Assembly (NCBI GenBank): GCA_028534125.1
Contig: CM052817.1
Coordinates: forward strand, 6,946,001-7,010,000
Direction: 5' to 3'
DNA: 64,000 nucleotides
DNA from: Lama glama
Taxonomy: Eukaryota
The position numbers were made by a program, and so were the translations under genes. Positions 26,762 to 39,830 of the stretch are shown here, one piece after another; the first letter of the stretch is position 1, and each line of letters begins with the position of its first letter. The notes beneath the pieces were generated by a model. The model was not told where the DNA came from and ran no database searches. It saw nothing but the letters and a program-made list of their open reading frames with translations.

Positions 26762-29727
26762 TTTTTGCATCCATTAGCTACTCTATGTCTTTTCATTGGA
26801 ACACTAAGTTCATTTATACTTAAAGTAATTTTTAATAGGTATATACTTGTTGCCATTTTATTAATTTTTTTCTTTTTGTTTTGTCTATTTTTTATCATTT
26901 TTTTTGTTGAGGTATAATCAGTTTACAACGTTGTGTCAATTTCCTGGGTACAGTACAATGTCATATATGGATATTCATATATCCATTTTTCGATTCTTTT
27001 TCACCATAAGCTACTACAACATACTGAATGTATTTCCCTGTGGTATACAGTATAAACTTGTTTATCTATTTTATATACCAATCAGTATCTGCAAATATTG
27101 AACTCCCAGTTTCTCCATTCCCACCCTCCTCCCCCCAGCCAAAAAAAAAGACCAATGAACTTATATATAAAACAGAAAAAGACTCACAGACATAGAATAC
27201 AGACTTGTGTTAATTGTTTTTGAATTGTTCTGCAGCAATTTTTTGTTCCTTCCTGGTTCCTTAGTTCTCTTTCCATGTGATCTGGTGACTACCTTTATTA
27301 TTAAGTTTGGATTCCTTTTTCTTTTTGTGTGTATGTATCTATCATATATTTTCATTTTTTGTTACCATGAGGTTTATATATAGTGATGCACATATCGATG
27401 TGAATATTTTAAGATGCTAATCTCTTACATTCAAATGCATTTTAGAAACCCTGCATAATTACTTCCCCCCAACATGTTTACTGTTTTTGATGTCATATTT
27501 TATGTGGTTTTTGCTTTGTGTGTCCTTAACTACTCATTGTAGATATTGCTGATTTTACTAGTTTTGCCTTTTATCCATTCTACTAGCTTTACACCTTTAC
27601 TGTGTAAATGCCTTTACACAGGAGATTTTTCTCTTATAATTTTCTTTTTTACAATTGTGGCTTTTCTTTTTTTTTGTAGAGAAGTCCTGTTAACATTTCT
27701 TATAAAACTGATTTGGTGGTGCGGAGCTCTTTCAGTTTTTGCTTATCTAAATTTTTGGTCTCTCCATTAAATCTGAGAGAAAGTTTACTGGGTAGAGTAG
27801 TCTTGGTTATAGGTTTTCCCTTTTCATCAATTTAAGTACATTGTGCCACTCCCTGCAGAGCTTCTTCTGAAAAGTCAGCTTATAACCTTATGGGAATTCC
27901 CCTGGACACAACTTGCTGCTCTTCTCCTCTGCTTTTAATATTCTGCCTTTGTCTTTAAAATTTTTCATTTTAATTACAGTATGTGTATTTGTGTTGATCC
28001 TTTTTAAGATTCTTTGTGCTTCCTGGACCCAGATGTCTTTTTCCTTTGCCAGTTTAGAAAAATTTTCTGCTATTATGTCTTCACGTATGTCCTCTACCCC
28101 TTTCGCTCTCTCTTCTCCTTCTGGAACCTCTATAATGTGAGTGCTAGAATCCTTGATATTGTCCAACATGTCTCTCAACTGTCTTCATTTCTTTTTCTTT
28201 TTTCTTTTCAGCTTCAGTAATTTCCACTACTCTTTCTTGTGGCTCACTGATTTGTTCTTTACTATCACCTGTTGATTGCCTCCAGTGTATATTTTTATTT
28301 CAGTTATTGTATTCTTCATCTCTCTTTGGTTCCTCTTTACATATTCTAACTCTTTGTTAAAATCTTCTAACTTCTCACTCTATTTATCCAATCATCTCCC
28401 ACATTTTTTAAGCATCTTTATGACGATTACCTTGAATTCTTATCAGGTTGATTGCCTATTGTCACCTCACTAAGTTCTCCTTCTGGGATTTTATCTTGTT
28501 CCTTCATTTGGAACATATTCATCTGTCACCTCATTTTGCAAGACTTGGTTGGTTGTATTTCCCACCTTAGGTAACTGGCCTTTTGTAGGAGATGTCGCCA
28601 CATCCCAGGAGCTAATGCCCGTCTGGTCCCCAGAGCTACATGCTCTAGGGTGGTGTCCTCTGTGGACTGTGTGAGTCCTTCTGCTGTGGCAGATTGACTA
28701 CTATGGGCAGTCTGGTAGGCATGGCTGCCCCGGTCAGATTGGGTGCCAGTCTCTGCCTTGTAGGAGGCTGCCAAGCACTGATGAGTGGGTCTAAGTCAGG
28801 AGGCTGCTGGCTGTGAAGTCCTGGGGTGTCCTGGGGCTAATGTTGGCCCACTAGCATATGGAGCTGGGTTCTCGTGTGGGTGGCTGCAGGGCTGGGGGCA
28901 CTGGATCCAGTGTTCACCTCCTGATGAGCAGGCCCAGTTCCTCACAGGCCTGGCTATGGGGTTTGGGGTATCCCCAAACTGATGTTGGCCCAATGGTATG
29001 TGAGACCATATCCCCAAATAACTGACTGAGAAGTCTAAGGTGTCTCAGTGCTAGTATTGGCCTGATGCTGGGCGAAGTTGGTGCACTGGGGCTCCTGGGA
29101 TAGAACCAGCTTAATGTGAATGAAGTCTGGTCCCTGTGGTCTCCAAATACAGGGCCCTGGGTGTTCTAAAGCTTGTGTGAGCCTGCTGGTCACCAGTTTC
29201 TTACACAGCTGGCTACAGATCCATGATGCCCTGAAGCTGGTGTTGGCCCATTGGTGGATGGAGCTGGTACCAAGGACAATTGGATGAGTGAGATTGTCTG
29301 TGCTCCTTATAAGAGTGGAGTCTATTCCTCACAGCCTTCTAGCTCTCCAAAAAGTAAGCCCCTCTGCCCTTCAAATCCAAACATTCTGGGGGTCTGCTTC
29401 TCTGGTGCAGGACTCCCAGGCTAGGGAGCACAATGTGGGGCTTGGACCCCTGGATCCTTGGGTAGGGCTTCTGCAATTGTAATTATCCTCCTTTCTGGGG
29501 TCACCCACCCAGGGGTATAATTCTTGACTATATTGTATCTCCACCCCTCCTAATAATCTTGGTGTGGCTTCTTCTTTATACCTTTAGCTGTAGAAGGTCT
29601 TTTCTGCTAGTCTTCAGGTTTTTCTCTTCAATAATTGCTGTTTAAATAGTTATTTATAATTTGTGTGCGCCCATGGGATGAAAAGAGTCATGGTCTTCCT
29701 ACTTTGCCATCTTGGCCACTCCCCCTT
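26762..29727 (-). mobile_element. L1 5' half: 5' UTR, ORF1 remnant, start of ORF2
   Basis: YY1-type CCAAGATGGC at the 5' end (29706-29715, minus); ORF 27888-28178 (IIEVPEGEER...IIAENF...QEAQR) is ORF1p-like; MATSIYLLKITLSINELSVPMKRHRVA resembles the ORF2 endonuclease N-terminus. Confidence 0.9.
26872..27209 (-). mobile_element. Short L1 3'-end insertion with 5' inversion, nested in the older L1
   Basis: T-rich tail at left, antisense 3' UTR to 27140, sense-oriented piece 27141-27209; TSD TTAATT(T/G)TTTT. Confidence 0.85.
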
Positions 29728-29899
29728 CTTTAACCTTTAACACAACAACTGTATTTTGTATCTGGTAATTCCAATATCTGAATTCCTCAGGGAGGCTTAA
29801 ATATGCTCCTTATTGTTTTTTCTTATTATCACTCATTATGACCAATTTCTTTACCTACTTGGCAGTTTTTAGTTTTGAGCCCTTATTTTGTTGAATACA

Positions 29900-32800
29900 A
29901 TCAGCAGGAAACAAAAGCAAATGTCTTAAGAAACAGGAATTTAATGTACAGTACAAAATAGAAGTGTGAGAATACCATATACAAATTGTGATTACTAATG
30001 TAACAAACATAAAAACCCTCCAAACTATCAGGTAAACAATAAACTGAGAAGAAAAGATAAAAGAAAGTCTTTATAATAAAATATCTTTTAAGGTTATAAA
30101 GGCAGAATATACAGTAGACGCACAAATCTAAACCTTACCATATATGTAAATAAACTAAACTCAATTAAAAAATAATGTTTTATAATAAGGTAAATGCAAA
30201 CTTAAGATGATTATAGTAGATACACATTAATTATTTCTAAATTTTTGAATGCATGAGTACTTTGATTTCTAAAAATATACTGGGCTTTATTCTCTGAAAA
30301 ACTTCTCTTCTAAAATATACCTAATTCATCCAAATATATAAAATTGTAATTTCCAGGGTGCTTCCTGGCTCAGTAGACATTAAAAAATTTTTCTAAGAGT
30401 AAATTTTTAAAAAAATGAATAAAACAACAATGACAACAACCCAGGAAGCAAAACAAGGACAAGGAGAAATAAGCAAATAAACAAGATAGGACTCTCTTGA
30501 ATCCAGACACTGCTGTGAACATCTGATCTACCATGGGCAATGCAGGAAGATGAACTTGAGGTTCTTAATTAAAGTGAGGACTCTCGAGGGAGAAAATACC
30601 CTCTGGTTGCTGTCAGCATGTAAGATCTAACAGAAGCGAATCAAATCTTCTGATAAAAGAAAAATAAAGACTAACTTAATCCTTTGATGAGATTCAACAA
30701 AGACATCAGGCTCAAATAAGCAATATTAAGAATAAAAAGAAAACAATAAATAGAAATCCAAAAAAATTAAGCAAAAAAAAAACACTAAAATAATTTATAA
30801 ATTAGTATATACCAATAAGTTTAAAAGTCAGTGGAAATTCTAGAAATTATAAATTACTGAAACCTACATAAGAAAAAAAATTAGAAAGCCTGAAAAACAC
30901 TATAATCGTTAGAGAAATCAAATTAGTAGTTAACTAAAATTTCACAGGAAAGACAAATGGGCAATAAACATACACAGCCAAAAAAAAAGCATAGGAAATA
31001 TGCTGTACTTCATTACTAAGTAGGGGAATTTAAATTAAGACCACAATTAGACATCATTTTACACCATGAGATTGGCAAAAATATTAATGGCTAATTGTAT
31101 CAAATATTAGTTGTGAGTATTCATTAAATTGAACCTTGGCACACTGCTGGTGGGACTGTAAATTAATCCAAGCATTTTGACAAGTAATTGGGAGTTATTA
31201 TATTATAAACTTGAATGGATGCATTAATACAAACCAGCAGCTTCTTGTAGAGAAACTCTAGAGTACCAGGAAACAGAGGCAAAAAATATTTACAGGAGTA
31301 CAACTTATACTATCATGAAACTGCTAACAATTCAATGTCTAGACTATTTTACTACACCAAAAACAAATCAATTACAAAAATATACAATGAGAATGAATTT
31401 AGAAAAAATATTATTGAACTAAAACAACATACATGACCACAAACAGCATGATTATACATTCTCAGACATTACAAAAAGAAGAAAATCAAAATGCTATATT
31501 GTTTACTGAGACATAAGTACAATTTTTTGTATTGTTGTTGTTGTTAAATTAGGTATAGATTGGTTCTAGACAGTCTAGATAGATTGATCAACAGATGGAT
31601 ATACAAATATGGGTTTGATAGTACATAGATAAAAAACTTCACTTTTTAAATACCAAATAACCTGGGTTAAGGTAGAAAGTTCCTTTTAAATGGTAAATGA
31701 AACTAAATGTCTCTTCACTCAGCCACACAAAGTTTTCTAACTGCTGCATAACCACATTTAGAATTCCAGCGTAAGCATTTTGACTGCTTTCAACCAGAAC
31801 TTTAAAACAGAGATCATCCCAATGCTATTTGAACTGTTCTTGATCTTTTTATGATATATATATATATAAATCGACAATGAAATTAAACAAAAAAGGTGAA
31901 ACAAAAAAATCTTAGTTTATTGAATTAATAAATGTCAATGTATTTTGGAGAAATTACTATATGCCAGGCAGTTTTACTGCTAAAATTTTAGCAAAAAAAA
32001 AAAAAAAAGCAACATCAAAAATAAAACAAAACAAAACAAAATTAAAAAAACAAATAACAACAAAAAAAGGGCTAATATTTGTTTTCATGGACCTTTTATT
32101 TTAATCGGGGAGGATAGATAAGTAAAAATCACTGAGATAATTTGATGCAGACATCATAAATTTAGTTTCAGCAAGTAGGTTTTAGAAGCATATTAAAAAT
32201 TTTAGTAGACCATCATTATGTAATATTCAGGAAGATAATGGTTGAAAACTAAGACTGTATTAATGTAATTAATCCTTTACTTGATCTGGGGGAAAAAAAG
32301 ATTATTTCTCTCAACATTAAAGTGACCTCTGATAAAATTAAATATTAATGTTTTTAGAAAAAAAACTACAAATATAAGAATTTCTAACATAAGAAATACA
32401 TTTTCACCTCAGCCTCAAAGCCAACAGACATGTAAGGAAAACAAAGAAGTATTCCTATGTATTCCTACTAACGTCTATGCAAGGAGGCCGACTGTTAGTT
32501 ATATTTCTGAACACAAGTAAACATAAAAACATAAGGTAAATACACTATACGTGTAAAATGGTAAAGTAGGAATTAAAATTATCATTCTTGGCAGGTAAAA
32601 TGATTATCTGGAAAATTTAAGACAACCAACTGGAAACTCATTGTAGCCAATGAGAGAATAAGACAAGGACACAGCAGAGAAATGCATAAATGAGTGAAAC
32701 CAGTAGGCAATTACAGAGGACAAAGGAGAACTCACATGGGATAACGGAGATCCTTTTAAAATCTGAAATACAAGAGGTAAAATATGTAGAAATAAACTTT

Positions 32801-34110
32801 AAGACTTCAAATATCTTTGAAGGAATACAGATGAAAGCTTGAACGAATGGAAGGTGCACTTTAATTTTGGATGGGCACTTTAAATATTGTAAATAAATCA
32901 GTTTTTCCATGTTAAGTTATACATTTACGTTTAATAATTTAATATTATACTCATAAAATACCAATACATTTTGTTTTTATTTGTCTTTTTATTTCAAAAT
33001 GAATTCCAAACATTTTTTAGTTAAAAACAAGTTCATCAGGAATAGAATGAAAAAAATATGAATCCAAAATAGTAATGATTAGAGACTACACCTACCAGGT
33101 ATTTAAGTAACTAGACATTATTGTTAAACAGTATTGATGTGCTACATGAAATTAAGCCATTAAATAATTAACATAGACATCCTAGAAAAATACCCATATC
33201 CATACAGAAACTTTCTTATGAGGAAGGTGAGGTCTAAAGTACTTGGGAGAAATATTGGTCTTTGAAAAACATCTTGTCATGGCTAGGTAGATATGAGAAA
33301 AGAAATAAAAATGATTGTGCCTATATTTCAAATGTCAACCAGGAAAATTCCCAAATGAAAAAAGAAGAGTGAAATGTATAAATACATCTAAAAATAATAG
33401 AAGAAACAATGGAAGAATTACTATGTAATTTCCGAAGAGGGAAAGCCCTTCTAAAGTGTAAAATAAATGCCACAAAACATTCAGCTTCTTAAACTACATC
33501 AAATTAAAAAAAATAGATGACAGTTTTGACATACTAAACATTTGTAATTCATACGTCAGACACAAAGCTAATTTCCTTAATATATAAAAGGCCTAACATG
33601 ACAGCAGAGTTTGACAAAAATCAGATGGACGAAGAGCAAAAAAAGAGAAATGGTAACACTCTGGTAGCCACGGTAGGAGGAAATGAGAACTAGGCGTTGG
33701 TACAACCGCTGTGAAGAGCATATTGCAAATTACAGCAAAGCAACAAATGCGGATGCATGTTAACCTAACCGTCCCGCAGATACATTTGCATATTGCTGAA
33801 TTTTTGTATGTACAAGCTTATTCATTGCAGCATTATTTTGAATAAGATCAAAAAAGGCTGGAAAGCGCCTAAAGGCCTATATGTGGGGTTTAATGTAATA
33901 AATCATCATGTATCAATACAATGGAATATAAAGAAAAAAAGTTCTTACGTGCTTAATGGAAAGATCCCCAGTATAGAGAAGGAATGTCCGTAGTGAGACA
34001 ATGTCAATTTATTTATGATACTTTATGCATATTTATTATTTGTAATTTTAACTTTCTGAAACATGAATAACATTACCTAGAAAATAAAATGAAATAAAGT
34101 AAAAACTCTA
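29900..34110 (+). mobile_element. Highly decayed old L1 (L1ME-like) ORF2/3' fragments
   Basis: Very A-rich, with scattered L1 motifs (aaattaagaccacaattagacatcattttacacc, cactgctggtgggactgtaaatt, aatacaatggaatat). Confidence 0.65.
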
Positions 34111-34328
34111 GTAATTTTCCAAAGAAGCATAATAAGAACAGTAACCATCAAAGAACATGAGAAAACAATGGCCAGTGTGCCCATGGAGGTCCAGGCAAGG
34201 CTCACCCCATTCACTGCGTCTACACGTGCGCCTTTTATGACACTGGTGCCCCAGCGAGCCCAGCAAGGGCTCCTGGGACAGCAGGGGTCCTGGGGCGCTT
34301 CCCAATTCTTCTTTTCTATTAATCGTGC

Positions 34329-34828
34329 NNNNNNNNNNNNNNNNNNNNNNNNNNNNNNNNNNNNNNNNNNNNNNNNNNNNNNNNNNNNNNNNNNNNNNNN
34401 NNNNNNNNNNNNNNNNNNNNNNNNNNNNNNNNNNNNNNNNNNNNNNNNNNNNNNNNNNNNNNNNNNNNNNNNNNNNNNNNNNNNNNNNNNNNNNNNNNNN
34501 NNNNNNNNNNNNNNNNNNNNNNNNNNNNNNNNNNNNNNNNNNNNNNNNNNNNNNNNNNNNNNNNNNNNNNNNNNNNNNNNNNNNNNNNNNNNNNNNNNNN
34601 NNNNNNNNNNNNNNNNNNNNNNNNNNNNNNNNNNNNNNNNNNNNNNNNNNNNNNNNNNNNNNNNNNNNNNNNNNNNNNNNNNNNNNNNNNNNNNNNNNNN
34701 NNNNNNNNNNNNNNNNNNNNNNNNNNNNNNNNNNNNNNNNNNNNNNNNNNNNNNNNNNNNNNNNNNNNNNNNNNNNNNNNNNNNNNNNNNNNNNNNNNNN
34801 NNNNNNNNNNNNNNNNNNNNNNNNNNNN
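34329..34828. other. Assembly gap (500 N)
   Basis: Run of N. Confidence 1.
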
Positions 34829-35979
34829 TACTTAAAATCTCACCAGCAGAATGTGGTTCTAGCTAAATGTCACCATCCTCTTTGTAGGACGGAAAGGGCA
34901 GTGTTACTCCTGAACATTCCTTTTCAGGACTATAATGTGTGAGTCTGACCTCTCTTCCAAGTTTGTAGGGAGCACCTGGGGGGCAGGAAAGTGTCCTGAC
35001 TTGGGGTCACCTGAGACCTGGTTGCAACATCTCAGCTTTATCAACTTCTTACTACTTGTATGATTTCAGTTAAGACATTTAAACTTTGTAAACTTCTATT
35101 TTTATCTGTATTTATTGTATTTCATTCTGAACTACAAATAGTAGCTCTTTCAAAGGGTCATAGTGAGAATTAAGCGATATGATGCATGCATTTTAGGGAG
35201 CTTTTGGCAAATAATACATATTTGTTTTTTATTAAAGTATTTAATGTACTAAGTAATTATTTGATATTAGTTAATAATGAATTATACTACACATATAATT
35301 CTTGTTTGATTATATTATTATTTAATATTAATTAAATTTATGTTTATAAATCATAAACTGTATTACCTTCTCAAAAGATAAGACTTAATGTCTTCCACCT
35401 CCTCCTCCTCTTTCTTCTTTGCTCTCTCTGACAGCTTTGACAATTCCCCCACTTAAAGTGTACCATTCAATGTTTTTTATCCTTTAGACAGATGTCCCTA
35501 TACCAGCTCAGGGAGGAAAAGGAACTTTCACAACTGCCCTTTTTATCCCCAGCCGTTGGCAAGCTCGTTTTGCCTAAGGATCAGAAGAAAAGTTGTACAA
35601 GGACTTGTGCAGTGGGCACCAGGGTGAAGTAACAAGTACCTTCTCTCCCCTCCCCCTACTTTCTTTTACTGTATCCATCGTCTTGAGATGTCTATTCTCA
35701 TAGAACAAGACAGTTCAATTCTTGGCGTCTGCATTCCTAAAGCAGATGTTCTGGTTTATACCATAGAGCTGGAGTATTTTCTGACCCAGCTCTTCTTCTC
35801 TTGCCCAAGAAGACATAAAACCTTTCCAGAAAAAGGAGCATGGCTACAGGCAGATGGGAGAGCTAAGGGGCAGATTTCCACGAGGAGGTTGCGGGTGGAT
35901 TCGTGCTCCTTCCCATCTTAATCCTACTGTTCGGTAGTTTAATAAGTGAGGGCACCGGTCAGACAGGTGGAGGAGAGAG

Positions 35980-36300
35980 GGGATGTACCGGAAGATGGCG
36001 ATATGCCCGCCTGCAGCATAAGGGACTTCACTTCTTCTGAATGAGTGCCAGCAAGAAACCGGTTGGAACCCGACAGCTACAACGTTGCGGTAGCAGCAAG
36101 GATTTAACAGGATACTGTGCAATGTTCATTGCATTGTAATTAACACTGCAGTTTAGTTCCCCGCCCCCTATAGTTCGTTTTCTTTATGCACCCTGAGTAA
36201 GGACATGCGCAAACGTGCCAAACCGGACTAAGCGCTCCAGGGACAAGAGCCATCAACCAATGAGGAGAGCACCTCTAAGCGAGGGTGGAAGAGAAAGGGG
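35980..36300. promoter_or_regulatory. Promoter-like region
   Basis: CCGGAAG overlapping AAGATGGCG (ETS/YY1; 35988-36000), GC box ccgccc ~36161, NRF1-like CATGCGCA ~36204, CCAAT ~36257; CpGs retained. Confidence 0.45.
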
Positions 36301-38829
36301 GGGACAAAAAACGCTGCTTTTTCCTCCCTTGGATCAGCCCACGTCCCGTTCTTGGAGGCATACTTTTCCTTTTTAAAATAAATCTTTAAAAACCTTTCAC
36401 TGCGCAGCACACTGTCTCCCACCTGTAAACTTGTCTTTGGGGAATGAGAACTAGAGGCTTTGCCTTCTGGGGCAGCACTACCCCCAGTGCAGCTCCAAGG
36501 TGGGGAGGATGACAGGTTGGGGATCTGGAAAAAAAGCACCGGTGCCAGCGCGTCACCTGAGGATCTTACAGAGGGCTCCTTACCGTCGTGGCCTCGGAGC
36601 TGCCCAGGCTGACAGAGGAGCAGCTGGGCTCGGCCCCTGGGTCCCCAGAAAGTGCAAGACCACAGCTGATTCCCAGGCCTTTGGGGAGGTGGCAGAACTT
36701 TGCTGAGAGAGGGAGTCCAGTGTGGCCTTTCAGGGGCTTTGCGATGAGGACAAGGTGACCCCGCTGAAGATGGCATCATGTGTCCTGAGACGAGAAAGCA
36801 GGTGGGAACCCAGAAGCCTCAGGTGATGGCTGCAGGAAGAGCTGGAGGCGGAAGAGCCCCAGGCAGCCCGCCCGCCTCAGCAGGTGTCAGGTGAGGAAGG
36901 ATGCCAACCGCCAGCCAGGTGCACCCTCCTCCTCTGTGCCCGGAACCACTCAGGAATTTGGCTGAAACTCAAAGTAAGAGCCTCCCTCTCATCTCCTCGG
37001 TGATTTAGATGAAAATCCGGGTACAGCAGGGAAATGAGAATACTCAGTATTGAATTTTTCTCAAACTAAGTCTCTGACCTGTAAAAGAGAAGAAATTGAG
37101 ATTTAAAATATTGAAGTTTTGACACCACTGAGTTTGATGATCTCAGAACGTTTTACGCATTCGTTTATGTGGGATTCGGTGATCTATTAGGGCTAGTTTA
37201 GATTGTACCTGTACAGCCATATGGAAGGTACGTCCTGCCAGCGATTTTTTTTTCAAGCAGTGGCTTCGGGCGTTGAAATGTCAGAAAACAGGGGCTAAGA
37301 TTTCACCTGTGTGCCCGTGGATAAAAGGACCGCTCCTCTGCTGTTTCAGGGATCTTCGAAGAGCATTTCCAGTCCCTCTTTAGTGAGAATTTCCCCTTTG
37401 TGCTAAAATTCAGATAATAGCTGGAATTGCCAAATAAGTAAATGTTGTATGAAGTATGGCTGGGAAACAGCCAACCCACCAAATGAACAAACAGAAGTCA
37501 AAGAAACACCACACACTCACACGCCTGAAATCTAAGATGCCCAGAGCCAAACACAAGCTTACAGATCAACTCCAGCTTCCTCATTTTACAAAGAACAAAA
37601 TCTTGATCCAGTGACGGCATTTGAATTGCTGGGAAATGCCAAGCAGATCTGTCCCAGCGTCAAGTGTCCATCACCTGACCTGCTTTTCACTGTCCCCTCC
37701 AGAGTGGCTGGCATTCAAAGGAGGCGCTAATTCAGGATCTTGGCAAGGGAGAGTGATTTTCCCTGCGACAGCAAGACAGACAAGTGGGAGACAGCAGCCT
37801 CCTCAATACACTGCATACATTTAAACTACACTTACATAAGCTTCAAAATGCTGTGGGCGTTATGTGCTGTCTATAAATTATCAACAGTAAGTGAAGACTT
37901 TGGGAGAAAGCCAATGCATCCAAATCGGCACTCAGCGCATTCCAATCTACGCGCGGTACGTCTGCTTTTTTAAAAAGCCAACTGCAACAATTGCAAGGCT
38001 TATCCATGGGTGATAACGAGAGCATCCACACATGGCCTCTCCCTTACTAAGTACAAAGGAGCAATTAACGTTCTCGTTTTACACGCGTGGAAACTGAGAC
38101 TCGGTGAAATTGTCACAGGCTCAAAAGGGACAGAGCCAGGACTCGAATCTAAGTCGAGTGATTTTAACGAGATGGTTGAAGCTGGCCCCGCGAAGTTTTC
38201 CTCTGTCTGACAAGCATTATGCAGGATCTGCAGGAATCATGAGTTTGCTCTGATACAGCTGCCCTAGCCTAGGGTTTGGATTCTGGAATCTTGATTCTGT
38301 GACTTATGCTTCTAGTGACCATGGCAAGACCCCTAACCTCCCAGAATTTAATTCACAGATTTATTACTTCACTGAGCTTTAATCATGTGCTCATTCTGTG
38401 CCAGACACCACCAGGTGCTAAATACATAGTCCCAGAAAGGAAAGTGACAATGTTGTCCAGCCTTCATAAAGTTCCTCGTTTCTCAGTGAGTAGAATATGA
38501 CTTAGAACTGTTGCTATGCTTACCTCAGAGGTCTCTTGCCTGAACTGAATGTGATATTATCAATGCTTCATAAAACATAATATAACATACAAGTCCAAAG
38601 GCTTATTATGAATGTACTTTACCCACAGGCAGAAAGTAACATCTTGTATATTTTTGTTTATTTTCCAACTCCTGATTTTAAAAAAAGAAAATTCCTAGGA
38701 AGGTCTTACATTCTCCAGGCAAGTCACGCAGACGCTGAATTGAATTTAGGAAAATGCAAAGCAGGTTGTTGCTTCTCAGTTTACTTAGCTAGTAGCTTTC
38801 CTTTTGTTTGAAATGCAATAAAGCACTGC

Positions 38830-39830
38830 CTCCGGAAGTTCTGGCAGAAACATAGATCCCTTACCTGGCAGTGCATATGATATTGGTGCAGGAAACAGAA
38901 TGCTCTAAAGTATTTACCAGGGAAGGATTCAATACTGGGAATTCGATGCTCCAAAACTGAAAAGCCTGAGGGAGCAAGTTTTGAAGTGAGTCCCAGAGCA
39001 ACACCAAACTCGACCACTAGGGGAGCTACTGCCTGTGTGAGAGCCACCAGCTACTCTGGAAGGAGGCTCGCGCCTGAAAAATATGGTTCCCGGAACTGAA
39101 ATGCCGGGAGCAGGAAGCCATGTGAGGAAACCCCCGTGGCTGCAGCTTCTAAGCACTGAGGAAGCTGGCGAGTAAGCTGAGAAGCTGCCTAGGCAGGACC
39201 TCATGCACCCACTGTCTGCGGCAGGAGCAGCCTGGACCGCCGGTCGTGGTCTCTGACCCAGCCCTGCCTCCTCAGTGTCTCCCAAGTTCCCCTGGAGCCC
39301 TAGCCCCAGGGACGCTGCGCAGATGAAGTCTGCAGCTTTCCAGCTTTTCCAGCGTGAAAGAAGAGAGGATGGGCGATGAGTGAGCCAATCCTCAGTTTTC
39401 CTTCTGCCATTTCCGGTTTCAGTTCTGCCATTTCCAATGCATGAGACTTTGGATAGAGGCCCCTGTGAACTTCTCCCCCTGTGAGTAGGAAAATACACAA
39501 CTTTCTCATTTTACCAGCTTGTCCTATATAATCCCAGAAATTAACGATGTGACTGTGCTTTGTAAAAGGCTACCAAAAAAAGAAAAGTTGTCAGGTTCTT
39601 TTCGACCTCTTCTTCATCTTGTGTGTTTATGTGACGTCATTGTCTCCGACTTGCCTGCAGGTGATGGCATGCACCTTTATTTTTCTCTTTATTCTATGCA
39701 AATTGCAAAAGGGCTCAAAAATCAAGTTACCTGAAGAGGACTGGTAAGGAGGAATGGGGAAATCCATTCATGAAAGGAGACATTTCTTAAAGTTAATAAA
39801 GTAAGACTGCCCCCCGCCCCGCCCCCCTTT
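38830..39830. promoter_or_regulatory. Candidate cytokine/immune-responsive enhancer or promoter
   Basis: CCGGAAGT 38832, TTCCCGGAA 39087 overlapping GGAACTGAAA, GGTTTCAGTTC 39415, TGACGTCA 39632, ATGCAAAT 39696, GGGGAAATCC ~39756, GC boxes ~39810. Confidence 0.5.

Noticed and set aside
27888..28178. ORF1p-like ORF as a host gene
   Set aside because: Part of a decayed L1 with flanking frameshifts
34168..34942. Long ORFs of 205-232 aa
   Set aside because: Artefacts of translating through the N gap
36228..36779. 183-aa minus-strand ORF
   Set aside because: No recognisable domain; consistent with a chance ORF in GC-rich DNA
39012..39028. CTCF-like CCACTAGGGGAGC
   Set aside because: One base short of the canonical core spacing; weak match
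38929..39498. 189-aa minus-strand ORF
   Set aside because: No recognisable homology; overlaps GC-rich, regulatory-like sequence
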